From the NCBI GenBank assembly GCA_019058445.1, contig JAHPZA010000006.1, positions 928,001 to 992,000 on the forward strand: 64,000 bases of DNA, in the 5' to 3' direction. The notes beneath the pieces were generated by a model. It was not told the DNA's origin. It saw only the letters and a program-made list of their open reading frames with translations, and did no database searches. Both the position numbers and the translations under genes were made by a program. Positions 19,110 through 28,381 of this stretch are shown here, piece by piece (position 1 is the first letter of the stretch; each line of letters begins with the position of its first letter). The stretch is from Promethearchaeota archaeon. Lineage in GTDB: Archaea > Asgardarchaeota > Lokiarchaeia > Sigyniarchaeales > SOKP01.

Positions 19110-19427
19110 TTAAGCAGTAGGTTTTATTCCAAAGAAGTAGTACATAAAAGAGAATGTCATTGCAACCATTACTACTATAAACATAAGTATTATTACCGCA
19201 TAATCGTATTTTGTTACATTTTGTTGTCTACCCAATCTTGCATTCATATACCACACAATTGGTGCAATAAACGATAAAACAAAAACAACCATCACAGTAC
19301 CAAACATATCGCTATGGTTTTCGAGAATAAGATATATTACAGCAACTCCAAATCCTAATACGGCTCCTAACTTAATAATTACATCAAAAATTGTCCTTTG
19401 AGTATCAGATAAAGCCATACTTTTCAC
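19110..19427 (-). CDS. small membrane protein (3 TM)
   Basis: Three hydrophobic segments; no recognisable motif. Confidence 0.6.
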   Translation of the reverse strand: MKSMALSDTQRTIFDVIIKLGAVLGFGVAVIYLILENHSDMFGTVMVVFVLSFIAPIVWYMNARLGRQQNVTKYDYAVIILMFIVVMVAMTFSFMYYFFGIKPTA

Positions 19428-19805
19428 CCTATTTTTTTTGAATAATATATTAAAATATTCATTTTCCGATATTTATACTTTTTTGTTAAAACGGTATTAA
19501 AATTAAGTATTTTATTAACTGAACTTGAGTATTATATCATTAAATTTAAAAAATCTTAATCAATCCCGCGTTAAAATTTAAATGGTGGAGGAAAGGAATC
19601 AAGCTAAAGTTGTCGGATCGAAAGCTTATTTTAGATCTTTAATAGTTATCCTTATTTTTGTAGCGATTTTAGACAAATTAATAGAAATTTTATAGAAATT
19701 TTTAATAGATTGCATACTAAAATTATTTATAAAAACTTTTTAATTAATAAATTAAAAAGAGATATTTTTAACGAAATATTTATTCTAATATCGAATGGTG
19801 GTTTT

Positions 19806-20294
19806 GTGGCAAATGTTAGGTTTATAGTGTCTGTGGTTGTAGGTATTTCTCTGAGTTTTATCTCCGTTGCTCTATTTACGAAATGGGAGAGTCTATATCA
19901 ACTTGAAAGTATTTTTGAATCAAGTTTTTTAAGAGGGTTGGCAATGCTCTTAGGGACTAATTTTAGTTTTAATATTATTGCCTTTTTAACCAAGGGAGAA
20001 TGGGCTATTACTTACTTTTTAGCACCAGCGTTATTAGCTTGGATTTTTGTAGGGTATATAGTAGGTACAATTCAGAAAGGGGCAAGAAATGGTGTTATTT
20101 CAGGATTGTTAGCATGGGTAATTGTACTTCTTATATGGATACTTATCTCGATTATAGCAGGGGAAGATTTAATGGCATTTTTTCAAGGAAACCAGTTATT
20201 TATGACCTTAGGAGGAATTGGAGGCTCCGCTCTTGGAGTCTCTTTAAGTAGTGCGGCAGGAGGATATATATCCGGACCAGCAGAAGAGTATTAA
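19806..20294 (+). CDS. membrane protein (about 4 TM)
   Basis: Gly-rich hydrophobic helices. Likely start is GTG 19806 after GGTGG; the ORF track begins at 19710. Confidence 0.6.
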   Translation: MANVRFIVSVVVGISLSFISVALFTKWESLYQLESIFESSFLRGLAMLLGTNFSFNIIAFLTKGEWAITYFLAPALLAWIFVGYIVGTIQKGARNGVISGLLAWVIVLLIWILISIIAGEDLMAFFQGNQLFMTLGGIGGSALGVSLSSAAGGYISGPAEEY

Positions 20295-20522
20295 GGTTTA
20301 CAGAAAAGACATTTTTTAATTTCTTTATTTTTTATTACTCTAAAAACGAAGAACAGAATCTTTCTAAAAAATACAATATTATAGATCAACAGTGTTCCCT
20401 TTCTTCAAAAAATTAAATATTAATAAATTAATAAAACAAGGAGCGAACTATAAAATAAATAATTGAATTTTACATTTTTTAATAGCTAAAACTTAAACTT
20501 AATACTTAATTTATAGATTATA

Positions 20523-21074
20523 ATGGTAAAGGTAAAGGAAGAAGACCTAGCCTTAATTTTACCGGATCGGGAGTTTGCCTTAGATTTATTAAGAAGATTA
20601 AAGGTTCCGTATTCTGTTCGGCGTCATTCTATTAAAGTTGCAGAAAAAGCTATAGAAATAGCAAATAAAATTAAAAAAGCAAAGGTAAATATAAATTTAG
20701 TTGAGGTTGGTGCTTTATTGCATGATATTGGGAGATCAAAGACTCATGGATTTAAACATGCCTTAATTGGAGGGAAGATTCTTAGGGCAAGAGGCTTTCC
20801 ACAGGAGTTAGCAAGGATCTGTGAAACTCATATTTTAGGGGGGTTGGATGAAGAGGACGCCCAATCAGTTGACCTTCCCGTTAAAAATTACCTTCCCTTA
20901 ACTTTGGAAGAAAAAATTATATGCTTAGCTGATAAACTTTTAGCGGGAAGACGACCAGTTAGTTTAAAAAATAGGTTTGAAATTTGGTTCAATAAGTATG
21001 GGAAAACCAAAATTTTGATTAAAGCGAATAAAAGAGTTGAAGAAATTCAAAAAGAAATAGAAAGTTTAATGTAA
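20523..21074 (+). CDS. HD/HDIG domain metal-dependent phosphohydrolase (archaeal TIGR00295-like)
   Basis: HS..V, LLHDIGR, H...G, CETHI.GG, EEKIICLADKL. Confidence 0.85.
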   Translation: MVKVKEEDLALILPDREFALDLLRRLKVPYSVRRHSIKVAEKAIEIANKIKKAKVNINLVEVGALLHDIGRSKTHGFKHALIGGKILRARGFPQELARICETHILGGLDEEDAQSVDLPVKNYLPLTLEEKIICLADKLLAGRRPVSLKNRFEIWFNKYGKTKILIKANKRVEEIQKEIESLM

Positions 21075-21079
21075 AGAAA

Positions 21080-21580
21080 TTATCCTTTCAGTGTTTTCTT
21101 TAATTGATTTAAAATTCCACCTTCTTCTAGAATTTTTGTTAAGAAATTCGGTAGCTTTTCAAATTCGATTTTTACTCCCTTAGTTTTGTTAGTTATGACC
21201 CCTTCATTAAGGGAGATTTCTAAGTTATCGCCTTTTGAAAAAATACTCTCATTCCAAGATACAATAATTCCTGGGATACCTAGATTTATTAAGTTCCTAA
21301 AATAGATTCTGGCAAATGATTTGGCGATAATTGCCTTTATTCCAAGGACTTTAAAGACATATACCGCTTCTTCGCGAGAACTGCCAGTTCCAAAATTATC
21401 ACCAGCAATGATGATATTTCCTTGGGCACTATTTTTTGCGAAAGTTGGATCTATAAATTCTAAAGTACATTTCGCCATCTCATCTACATCCCTCATTGTT
21501 AGAGTATGACTTGGGACGATATCATCAGTATTAATATCATCCCCTAAAATATAAGCAAATCCATCAATTTTTTCTATCAA
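21080..21580 (-). CDS. leuD: isopropylmalate/homoaconitate dehydratase small subunit
   Basis: GDDINTDDIVP, NFGTGSSREEA, SFARIYFRNLINLG. Confidence 0.85.
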   Translation of the reverse strand: MIEKIDGFAYILGDDINTDDIVPSHTLTMRDVDEMAKCTLEFIDPTFAKNSAQGNIIIAGDNFGTGSSREEAVYVFKVLGIKAIIAKSFARIYFRNLINLGIPGIIVSWNESIFSKGDNLEISLNEGVITNKTKGVKIEFEKLPNFLTKILEEGGILNQLKKTLKG

Positions 21581-22858
21581 TTATAACACCTCCCTTGGAT
21601 CGGCTATTCTACCTTTAAGAGCTGATGCTGCTACTACCGCGGGTGAGGCCAAATACACTTCCGAAGTTGGATCACCCATTCTTCCTTTAAAATTACGGTT
21701 AGTACTACTGATGCAAACTTCTTCACTGCCTAAAACTCCCAGATGCCCTCCTATACAAGGACCACATGTACAATTTCCCACAACCGCTCCTGCACTCAAG
21801 AAAATCTCCATAAGTCCTTCTCGGAGAGCTTCCATATATATTTCTTTTGATGCAGGAATAATTATTAGTCTTGTATTGGGATCTATATTATTTCCTTTAA
21901 GAATTTTAGCCGCTATACGTAGATCCTCCATCCTTCCATTAGTACAGCTTCCTAAAAACGCTTGATCTATTTCAATTCCTTCAACTTCTTCAATTCCAGC
22001 TATATTTCCCGGATTAGATGGTTTCGCAACTACGGGGGTAATTTCAGACAGATTATATTCTAGGGTATTCTCATAGTTGGCATCATTATCAGGAGTTACT
22101 AACTTATAAGGTTCTTTTGTGCGATTCACTAACCATGTTTCCAATTTATTATCTGGTTGGAATATCCCAAATTTAGCACCAGCTTCAACAACCATATTTG
22201 AAATAGTCATTCTCCCATCGATTGAAAGATTTTTAGCCCCTTGCCCGTGAAATTCTAAAGATTTGTAAATGGCTCCTTTTGTGGAAATATTTCCTATTAA
22301 AGTTAATATAAAATCCTTTGACATCACACCTTTATTAAATTTTCCAGACATAATTATTTGAAATGATTCAGGAACTCTAAACCAGAGTTTCCCAGTGGCA
22401 AAAACTACAGAAACATCTGTAGCGCCAATACCCGTTGCTAAACAATTAAATGCGCCATATGTAGTAGTATGGCTATCAGAGCCAACAATTAACATCCCTG
22501 GTCGAGAAAAACCCATTTCAGGTAATACCTGATGACAAATCCCTTTATCCAGTTGATATCCAAAATTATGAATGAATTTATATTTTTCAGCAAACTTTCT
22601 ACAATCTTGATGCATTTGAGCTGCAGAGATTGTAGGGGCGGGAACCCAATGATCTAGTATAAAAAATATTTTATTTGGGTCCCATACATAATCAATTTCA
22701 AGTTTTTCATACTCCTTGTGAATCCTTCCGCCTAATTGTTCATGAACCATTATTAAATCTATATTGCAATCGATAAACTGTCCAGGTGAAATACTTTTAA
22801 GGTTAGAGTGATTGATTAAAATTTTTTCAGCAATAGTATATCCCATAGTAATTTTCAC
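21581..22858 (-). CDS. leuC: isopropylmalate/homoaconitate dehydratase large subunit
   Basis: DHWVP, GICHQV, GSDSHT, GSCTNGR, CGPCIG, STNRNFKGRMG. Leu versus homoaconitate specificity is not resolved. Confidence 0.85.
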   Translation of the reverse strand: MKITMGYTIAEKILINHSNLKSISPGQFIDCNIDLIMVHEQLGGRIHKEYEKLEIDYVWDPNKIFFILDHWVPAPTISAAQMHQDCRKFAEKYKFIHNFGYQLDKGICHQVLPEMGFSRPGMLIVGSDSHTTTYGAFNCLATGIGATDVSVVFATGKLWFRVPESFQIIMSGKFNKGVMSKDFILTLIGNISTKGAIYKSLEFHGQGAKNLSIDGRMTISNMVVEAGAKFGIFQPDNKLETWLVNRTKEPYKLVTPDNDANYENTLEYNLSEITPVVAKPSNPGNIAGIEEVEGIEIDQAFLGSCTNGRMEDLRIAAKILKGNNIDPNTRLIIIPASKEIYMEALREGLMEIFLSAGAVVGNCTCGPCIGGHLGVLGSEEVCISSTNRNFKGRMGDPTSEVYLASPAVVAASALKGRIADPREVL

Positions 22859-22878
22859 AGCTTTATTTTTTATTTAAA

Positions 22879-24168
22879 TTAAATTTTATAATCATTATCA
22901 ATCATTATAATTACTTTTTTTGCAATTTTACATGCCTCAAATAATATCTGAGGATCTACCTTATCATATGTATCATCTTTGGTATGTGTATATCTCGCTG
23001 AAGCTTTTGTAACGATATCAATAGCTTCATATCCTCTTATATGGAAAGGTACACTGTCAGTATGCGCCCCTGTTGTTAGATGAAATCCTGAAATGTTTAT
23101 ATTTTCTTCACTTGCAGCTTTTTCCAAATAAGTGCTTAAAACCGGAGCGATTGGTTTTCGAGGATATACTCCATAAGATTTCATATATTCTACTCTATTT
23201 CTCTTATGTCCTGCCAAAGATACCATATCAAAATTTAGTTGATACACTTTATCTTTCATAAAAAGACTATCATGGTTATTAACAAATATTCTGGAGCCCA
23301 TTGTTCCTAACTCTTCGGCTGAAAATTGACAAAACCAGAGATTAAAATTCTTCAATTTGTGATCTTTGAAATATGAACTTAATTCAAAAACAATAGCCAT
23401 TCCAGAGGCATTATCCAGAGCTCCGAGTGATTTATTATGAGTAGTAAGAAACATTAACATAATATTTGAGGAAGAAACTAAAGCTGTTAGGATCCAGAGT
23501 GAAATGTTCAATAATAGATATATAGTTTCAATATGTGAAATTTGCTCTAAAACAAAAGGAAAAAACATTCTTAATATTTGAAAAATGACAAATGTTATAT
23601 ACACTATACCTAATAATACCCCTCCGTTCAACCAAATCCTATAAGCTAATATCCTCCAAAGGGTTTTAAAAGTTTGTGATTTAGAGTCAATATGGGCTGA
23701 GACTAATATATTTCCAGCTTGTTTTTCAGGAAGAGATTGAGCAGGAATTTTAACAAATACGTTGGTAGCGTTAAGTGTTGAGCCATAGTATTTTCCCCAA
23801 AATCCAGGGATCTCGGGATGTTTTAAACCTCTTAATATTAAAGCAACCAATAAGGACATACCGCCAATTAAACCAAAAGCAATAAAAGGATTTATATAGG
23901 TAAATAACACGAGAATTAGCATAAAGGTTAAGCTAATAACCATAATTAAATTAATGAGGGTTGTAGAGTAAAAATCAGAGAATTCAAAAGGTTCACTTTT
24001 AATTTGACTATCATTAAATCCAATTTCTTTAAAAACATGTATTGTATCCTCTACTGCCTTCTGTTCCCCCTCAGTTCCAGCTAACCTGGGAAAGCTAAAT
24101 CTTTTTACGTAATTATACAATCGTACTTTATCAAAAATTTCCAAGTTAGGGGAAGTTTTTTTTGCCAC
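22879..24168 (-). CDS. membrane-anchored M28 family metallopeptidase
   Basis: SAHIDS, GALDNASG, AEELG, LNFDM, HT.DDT, with two inserted TM hairpins. Confidence 0.8.
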   Translation of the reverse strand: MAKKTSPNLEIFDKVRLYNYVKRFSFPRLAGTEGEQKAVEDTIHVFKEIGFNDSQIKSEPFEFSDFYSTTLINLIMVISLTFMLILVLFTYINPFIAFGLIGGMSLLVALILRGLKHPEIPGFWGKYYGSTLNATNVFVKIPAQSLPEKQAGNILVSAHIDSKSQTFKTLWRILAYRIWLNGGVLLGIVYITFVIFQILRMFFPFVLEQISHIETIYLLLNISLWILTALVSSSNIMLMFLTTHNKSLGALDNASGMAIVFELSSYFKDHKLKNFNLWFCQFSAEELGTMGSRIFVNNHDSLFMKDKVYQLNFDMVSLAGHKRNRVEYMKSYGVYPRKPIAPVLSTYLEKAASEENINISGFHLTTGAHTDSVPFHIRGYEAIDIVTKASARYTHTKDDTYDKVDPQILFEACKIAKKVIIMIDNDYKI

Positions 24169-24239
24169 TTTGACTCTAAAATTAATTAATTTATCTGTAA
24201 TCTTTCTATAAATTTAGTTTAATTCTACAAATTAATTTT

Positions 24240-24839
24240 TTATTCTAATATTTTATCAGTTACTATTTTTTGAATTTTTTCTTGAACTATTTCTATGATT
24301 TCATCCGAATTAACTACATAATAACCTTTTTGTTCTGCTCTTTTAAGGTATAGTTCCCTTACCTTATCTAAAAACGTTGTATCTTCAAATTTTTCAAGAT
24401 TTTCTTGAGTTTTTCTCGCGAGTGAAACTTTAGGATTTATATCCAAAATTATTGTCAGATCTGGTTCAACAGCAAATTTATTTATTTCTTTTACCCATTC
24501 GATTGATATTTCATCAGATTGAACTGATTGATATACTATAGAACTCTCAATATAACGATCTGAAATAATAATAAAACCCTCATCTAATTTGCTCTTGATT
24601 TCGTTATAATAATGTAGACTTCTATCTGCTGCAAATAAAAGGGCATCAGTACAAGGGGGAATTTTTTTATCTTTTAGAAATTTTCTTAATAGCACCCCTA
24701 TCTCACTGTTTGAGGGTTCTTGAGTTAAATGGATGGATAACCCTTCACCTTCTAAATATCCAGCAAGTAAACTACTATGGGTGGTTGTACCTGCTCCATC
24801 AATCCCATCGATTACAATAAAAAATGATTTATTCTTCAA
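24240..24839 (-). CDS. tmk: thymidylate kinase
   Basis: DGIDGAGTTT P-loop, QEP, LLFAADR, SDRY..SS.VYQ, PDLTIILD. Confidence 0.9.
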   Translation of the reverse strand: MKNKSFFIVIDGIDGAGTTTHSSLLAGYLEGEGLSIHLTQEPSNSEIGVLLRKFLKDKKIPPCTDALLFAADRSLHYYNEIKSKLDEGFIIISDRYIESSIVYQSVQSDEISIEWVKEINKFAVEPDLTIILDINPKVSLARKTQENLEKFEDTTFLDKVRELYLKRAEQKGYYVVNSDEIIEIVQEKIQKIVTDKILE

Positions 24840-25052
24840 GCCAATTCAAAATTAATAGTTTTATAATGATAAAAAATTTAATGAAAATACGTTCTCTTTT
24901 AAGATATATTACGTTTTATTTTAAATAAAGATGCTTTAACTTGTTATTAAGGGGGTAGATCTCTTAAAGAATAAAATTATAAAATAAACTTGTTTTTATT
25001 ATCATAATATTTACATGATTTTATTCAGATATAGAAAAAAGGTTAATTAATT

Positions 25053-25433
25053 ATGTCATCATCAACCCCAATAGGGTATTGTGAGCACTGTAAACAAAAT
25101 GTACTACTCACCCGGCAAGAAATTGATACTTGGTTAGCTATTATCCTTTTGATATTCACCGCAGGATTAGGTCTGATCATCTATCTAATTATTTATTATA
25201 GGAGACCAAGAAACCGATGTATTCATTGCGGAACTGAAGTACATTCTTTTTTAGAAAACCAAACACTACCTCCAAAACAAGTATCATATCAACAGCAGGA
25301 AAAAAAGAAAGTTTTACCAGTTGAGATAGTAAAGGGAGAGCAAGCCAACTATTGCCCTTTATGTGGTGCCAATTTGGATGAAAAAAACCAAAATTTTTGT
25401 CCTAGTTGTGGAAGCAAAATTTTAGATCTTTAA
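25053..25433 (+). CDS. LITAF-like membrane zinc ribbon plus C-terminal double zinc ribbon
   Basis: CEHC - about 22-aa hydrophobic stretch - CIHC, followed by CPLC...CPSC. Confidence 0.65.
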   Translation: MSSSTPIGYCEHCKQNVLLTRQEIDTWLAIILLIFTAGLGLIIYLIIYYRRPRNRCIHCGTEVHSFLENQTLPPKQVSYQQQEKKKVLPVEIVKGEQANYCPLCGANLDEKNQNFCPSCGSKILDL

Positions 25434-25454
25434 AAAGTTTTTTATCCCTTTAGT

Positions 25455-25574
25455 TCAAATAGACAAAGATCGGACTCTAAATTATTCTAATATTACTGTT
25501 TCTAATTTTAAATTAATGATGATATTAGAAAAGAATAAGAAAATTTGGAGGTAAAATAATGTCAATGATGTATT
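25455..25574 (+). repeat. 120-nt direct repeat copy 1 (upstream region plus first codons of gene 25559)
   Basis: Matches 26847-26966 with 3 mismatches by eye. Confidence 0.9.
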
Positions 25575-25921
25575 GCCCAAGTTGTGAGAAAAATACGCTT
25601 ACAAAGCGAGAAGATTTTAGTTTTTTATTAGCATTTCTTTTGGCGTTTACAGGACTTGGACTGGTAATTTATATTTTATATCATATAGATAAGAAAAAAG
25701 ACCGTTGTATTTATTGTGAAACAAAATGTTTACCAAAACAACTGAACGATCATAAAAATACTACAACTTCCCATATACAAAATATATCTGCTAATAATTC
25801 ACTTGAATTTATACCAAAAGAACTCGAAAAAACCAAAATTAATTTTTGTCATAATTGTGGGGTAGAAATTGATCGAGAGGGAATGAACTACTGTGCTTTA
25901 TGCGGTAGTAGCATAGATTAA
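25559..25921 (+). CDS. LITAF-like membrane zinc ribbon plus C-terminal double zinc ribbon (paralog)
   Basis: CPSC - hydrophobic stretch - CIYC, followed by CHNC...CALC; GGAGGT RBS. Confidence 0.65.
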   Translation: MSMMYCPSCEKNTLTKREDFSFLLAFLLAFTGLGLVIYILYHIDKKKDRCIYCETKCLPKQLNDHKNTTTSHIQNISANNSLEFIPKELEKTKINFCHNCGVEIDREGMNYCALCGSSID

Positions 25922-25923
25922 TC

Positions 25924-25958
25924 TTTTTTTTACTCTTTTTTTTTAAATTTTTTTTTTT
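25924..25958 (+). terminator. poly-T tracts, archaeal-type intrinsic terminator
   Basis: Three T runs immediately after the 25921 stop. Confidence 0.45.
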
Positions 25959-26125
25959 AGCTTTAAAATTACTTCTAATATCGTAAGCTTGTTTTATAGA
26001 AAAGGAAAGCTAAATTCAAAATCAATAAAAAATGGACTCCGATTCTCATATATTATACCTTTCGCTATAAGTATTAAACATAAGTTATTATTTTATTCAA
26101 AAAAAAAATAAAGAGTGTTTTAAAA

Positions 26126-26734
26126 ATGAGTCAAGGAGTTATAACAAATTATAAAAATGAGGTAATAAGCCAAAATCAAGCGAAACCCCCTGTACAACTA
26201 AATGGTTTTGCAAAACTATTTTCACGTATCCCGACTACTCTTCATGCATTTTTATATTTCTCAGTTATGGGTCTATTAACATTAATTTGGGCTCTCAGAG
26301 TAAGTAGAACTGGATTAAGATTTTTTTGGCCCATGTTCCCAATGTTCGGTTGGGGCTTTGCATGTGGGTGGCATATCGTATTATATTTTTCTTATAATAA
26401 TAAAATCCAATTCCTTTCGAAAATCAGAGAACGACCTTATTTTGGTGCGTTTTTCATTACTCATGCTTGGTTTTATATCTCAGTAAGTAGCTTTCTGATT
26501 GTAATCAATGTATTATTTAGTCGGTTTCCTTGGAGCGCATTTGCCATAATTGGATGGGGTATAGCCTTTGGCTTTCATTTAATTATCGCTTCCTTAATGG
26601 AACCTCAAAATAAACCACAAGTAAAACCAATCCAAACAGAAGAAGTTCATTATTGTTCTAAATGTGGAGCAAATTTCACAGATAGACCTGATGTTAACTT
26701 TTGCGCGTTATGTGGTAACAAATTAGATGAATAA
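26126..26734 (+). CDS. 2TM-repeat membrane protein with C-terminal zinc ribbon
   Basis: Two 2TM-type repeats (H...Y......W....W...GWG....H), then CSKC...CALC. Confidence 0.65.
   Translation: MSQGVITNYKNEVISQNQAKPPVQLNGFAKLFSRIPTTLHAFLYFSVMGLLTLIWALRVSRTGLRFFWPMFPMFGWGFACGWHIVLYFSYNNKIQFLSKIRERPYFGAFFITHAWFYISVSSFLIVINVLFSRFPWSAFAIIGWGIAFGFHLIIASLMEPQNKPQVKPIQTEEVHYCSKCGANFTDRPDVNFCALCGNKLDE
26567..26734 (+). repeat. 168-nt direct repeat (3' end of gene 26126), second copy at 26966-27133
   Basis: 11 mismatches by eye. Confidence 0.9.
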
Positions 26735-26846
26735 GTTAAATTTTACTATTTTTTTCTTTATTTTTTGCTAATTTTTCCCGACTTGAGATTTTCCTAATTA
26801 TGGAAATAAAATTTAAGATTTTCAAAAAGGTTCTTATCCTATAGGC

Positions 26847-26966
26847 TCAAATAGACAAAGATCGGACTCTAAATTATTCTAATAGTACTGTTTCTAATTT
26901 TAAATTAAAGATGATCTTAGAAAAGAATAAGAAAATTTGGAGGTAAAATAATGTCAATGATGTATT
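26847..26966 (+). repeat. 120-nt direct repeat copy 2
   Basis: Matches 25455-25574. Confidence 0.9.
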
Positions 26967-27133
26967 TTGGCTTTCATGTAATTATTGCTTCTTTAATGGA
27001 ACCTCAAAATAAGCCAGAAGTAAAACCAATTCAAACAGAGGAAGTTCATTATTGTTCTAAATGTAGGGCAAATTTCACAGATAAACCTGATATTAACTTT
27101 TGCGCGTTATGTGGTAACAAATTAGATGAATAA
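26951..27133 (+). pseudogene. chimeric remnant or mini-gene: start of gene 25559 fused in frame to the zinc-ribbon tail of gene 26126
   Basis: MSMMY comes from 25559 and FGFH...CSKC...CALCGNKLDE from 26126. The frame is intact, so it may still be expressed. Confidence 0.55.
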
Positions 27134-27178
27134 TTTACGTTATTTTATTTTTTTCTTTTCTTTCTTCTAACCTTTATA

Positions 27179-28381
27179 TTACTTTAGATTTTCTTTTATT
27201 ATTTTTAGGATGGTAGATTCAACAGGAGTACACCCTTTAATGAAGATACCGTGTTTGTGGTGTTCATATGTACAATTTCCAATGAGATATGTATCTGAAT
27301 AAAGGTCTGATTGCTTTATACCTCTACCTATTGCGAGATTTAAGGGTTTTTCAGGGGTAAAATGCTCATCTATAAAATCTTTATTATGTTTTAATAAATT
27401 GAATATTGTAGATAAACAAGCTGAACATGACTCAACATCTATCAGATTTACATTTTTATATTTTATAGTTATGGAAGTAGGTGGAGGCTCCAATGGTTTT
27501 ATAAATTGTTGGATCTTTTCAGGAGTTGTGGTAATATCTTCTAAACTTTTTGGTGATTGAGGAAGTAGTTCAGATATAAGCTTTAAATGTGGGACATCTT
27601 TTAATGACCAATTTGGTTGAGATATAGCGAGAGCAATAATATCAGCAGCTAAATAATTCGTTGAAGCTATGATTGTATCTAATTTCACACAAGTTCCCGA
27701 AGAAGGGCCCATTCCTTCTAAAGCATACGACGCATCTATAACACAGAGATCAGGTTTGAATATATGTGAAAGATCTGCTATTGCGATATCTAATTCCTTA
27801 ACTTTTTCCATAGTTTTTTTTAAATTTTCAATTAACTCTGGTGAATGAAAATGGTGAAGTTTAATTTTATTCCTTTTGTAAATTAGGCCTTTCATATTCT
27901 TGAAACTTAAAGATGCACCTGTGTGCATATGCATTTTTAATACAGGAATAGAAATGATATAATCAAAATCATTCCAATAACCGGTAACTTTTATTTTTTT
28001 GAGAATTTTTCCTTGAGGGATATCTAATTCAAGAGGAGCAGGATCGTCCAAATCTAAGAATTTAATTCCTTCACTTTTCAATAAATCAGAAAAACCAGAT
28101 TGTTCAAAAGCTTTTCTTGTATCTGTATTAATGATAGGGGAATCACCGATCCAGAAGTTTGCGTTATATTTTTCTTTTAAATATTCAAAAACTGCCTCAA
28201 CCACTTCAGGATTAGTATTTATTCCCAATTTTGGGTCTTCTTCTCGACCAACATTTGGTTTTAGTAATATTGATTTTCCTGTGAGATCGGGGATTTCAAG
28301 TTGATCAAGACAATTGTTAACTGCAGAAGAAATTTCCTCGTTTTTAGCTATTGAAACGATAGGTTTTTTACTCAAATCCAT
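27179..28381 (-). CDS. DUF362 family Fe-S protein
   Basis: LLKPN, T.PEVV, PVLKMHMHTGASLSFKN.KG, EGMGP..G; C-terminal CSAC, GNC, GCTP. Confidence 0.8.
   Translation of the reverse strand: MDLSKKPIVSIAKNEEISSAVNNCLDQLEIPDLTGKSILLKPNVGREEDPKLGINTNPEVVEAVFEYLKEKYNANFWIGDSPIINTDTRKAFEQSGFSDLLKSEGIKFLDLDDPAPLELDIPQGKILKKIKVTGYWNDFDYIISIPVLKMHMHTGASLSFKNMKGLIYKRNKIKLHHFHSPELIENLKKTMEKVKELDIAIADLSHIFKPDLCVIDASYALEGMGPSSGTCVKLDTIIASTNYLAADIIALAISQPNWSLKDVPHLKLISELLPQSPKSLEDITTTPEKIQQFIKPLEPPPTSITIKYKNVNLIDVESCSACLSTIFNLLKHNKDFIDEHFTPEKPLNLAIGRGIKQSDLYSDTYLIGNCTYEHHKHGIFIKGCTPVESTILKIIKENLK

Noticed and set aside
19583-19604. tRNA 3'-end-like sequence on the minus strand (..GATTCCTTTCCTCCACCA) as tRNA or att site
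   Set aside because: No TTCRA T-loop, no cloverleaf, no second copy and no integrase.
26567-27133. Diversity-generating retroelement TR/VR pair
   Set aside because: Mismatches are not adenine-specific (several C/T, T/G and C/G), and no reverse transcriptase is in the window.
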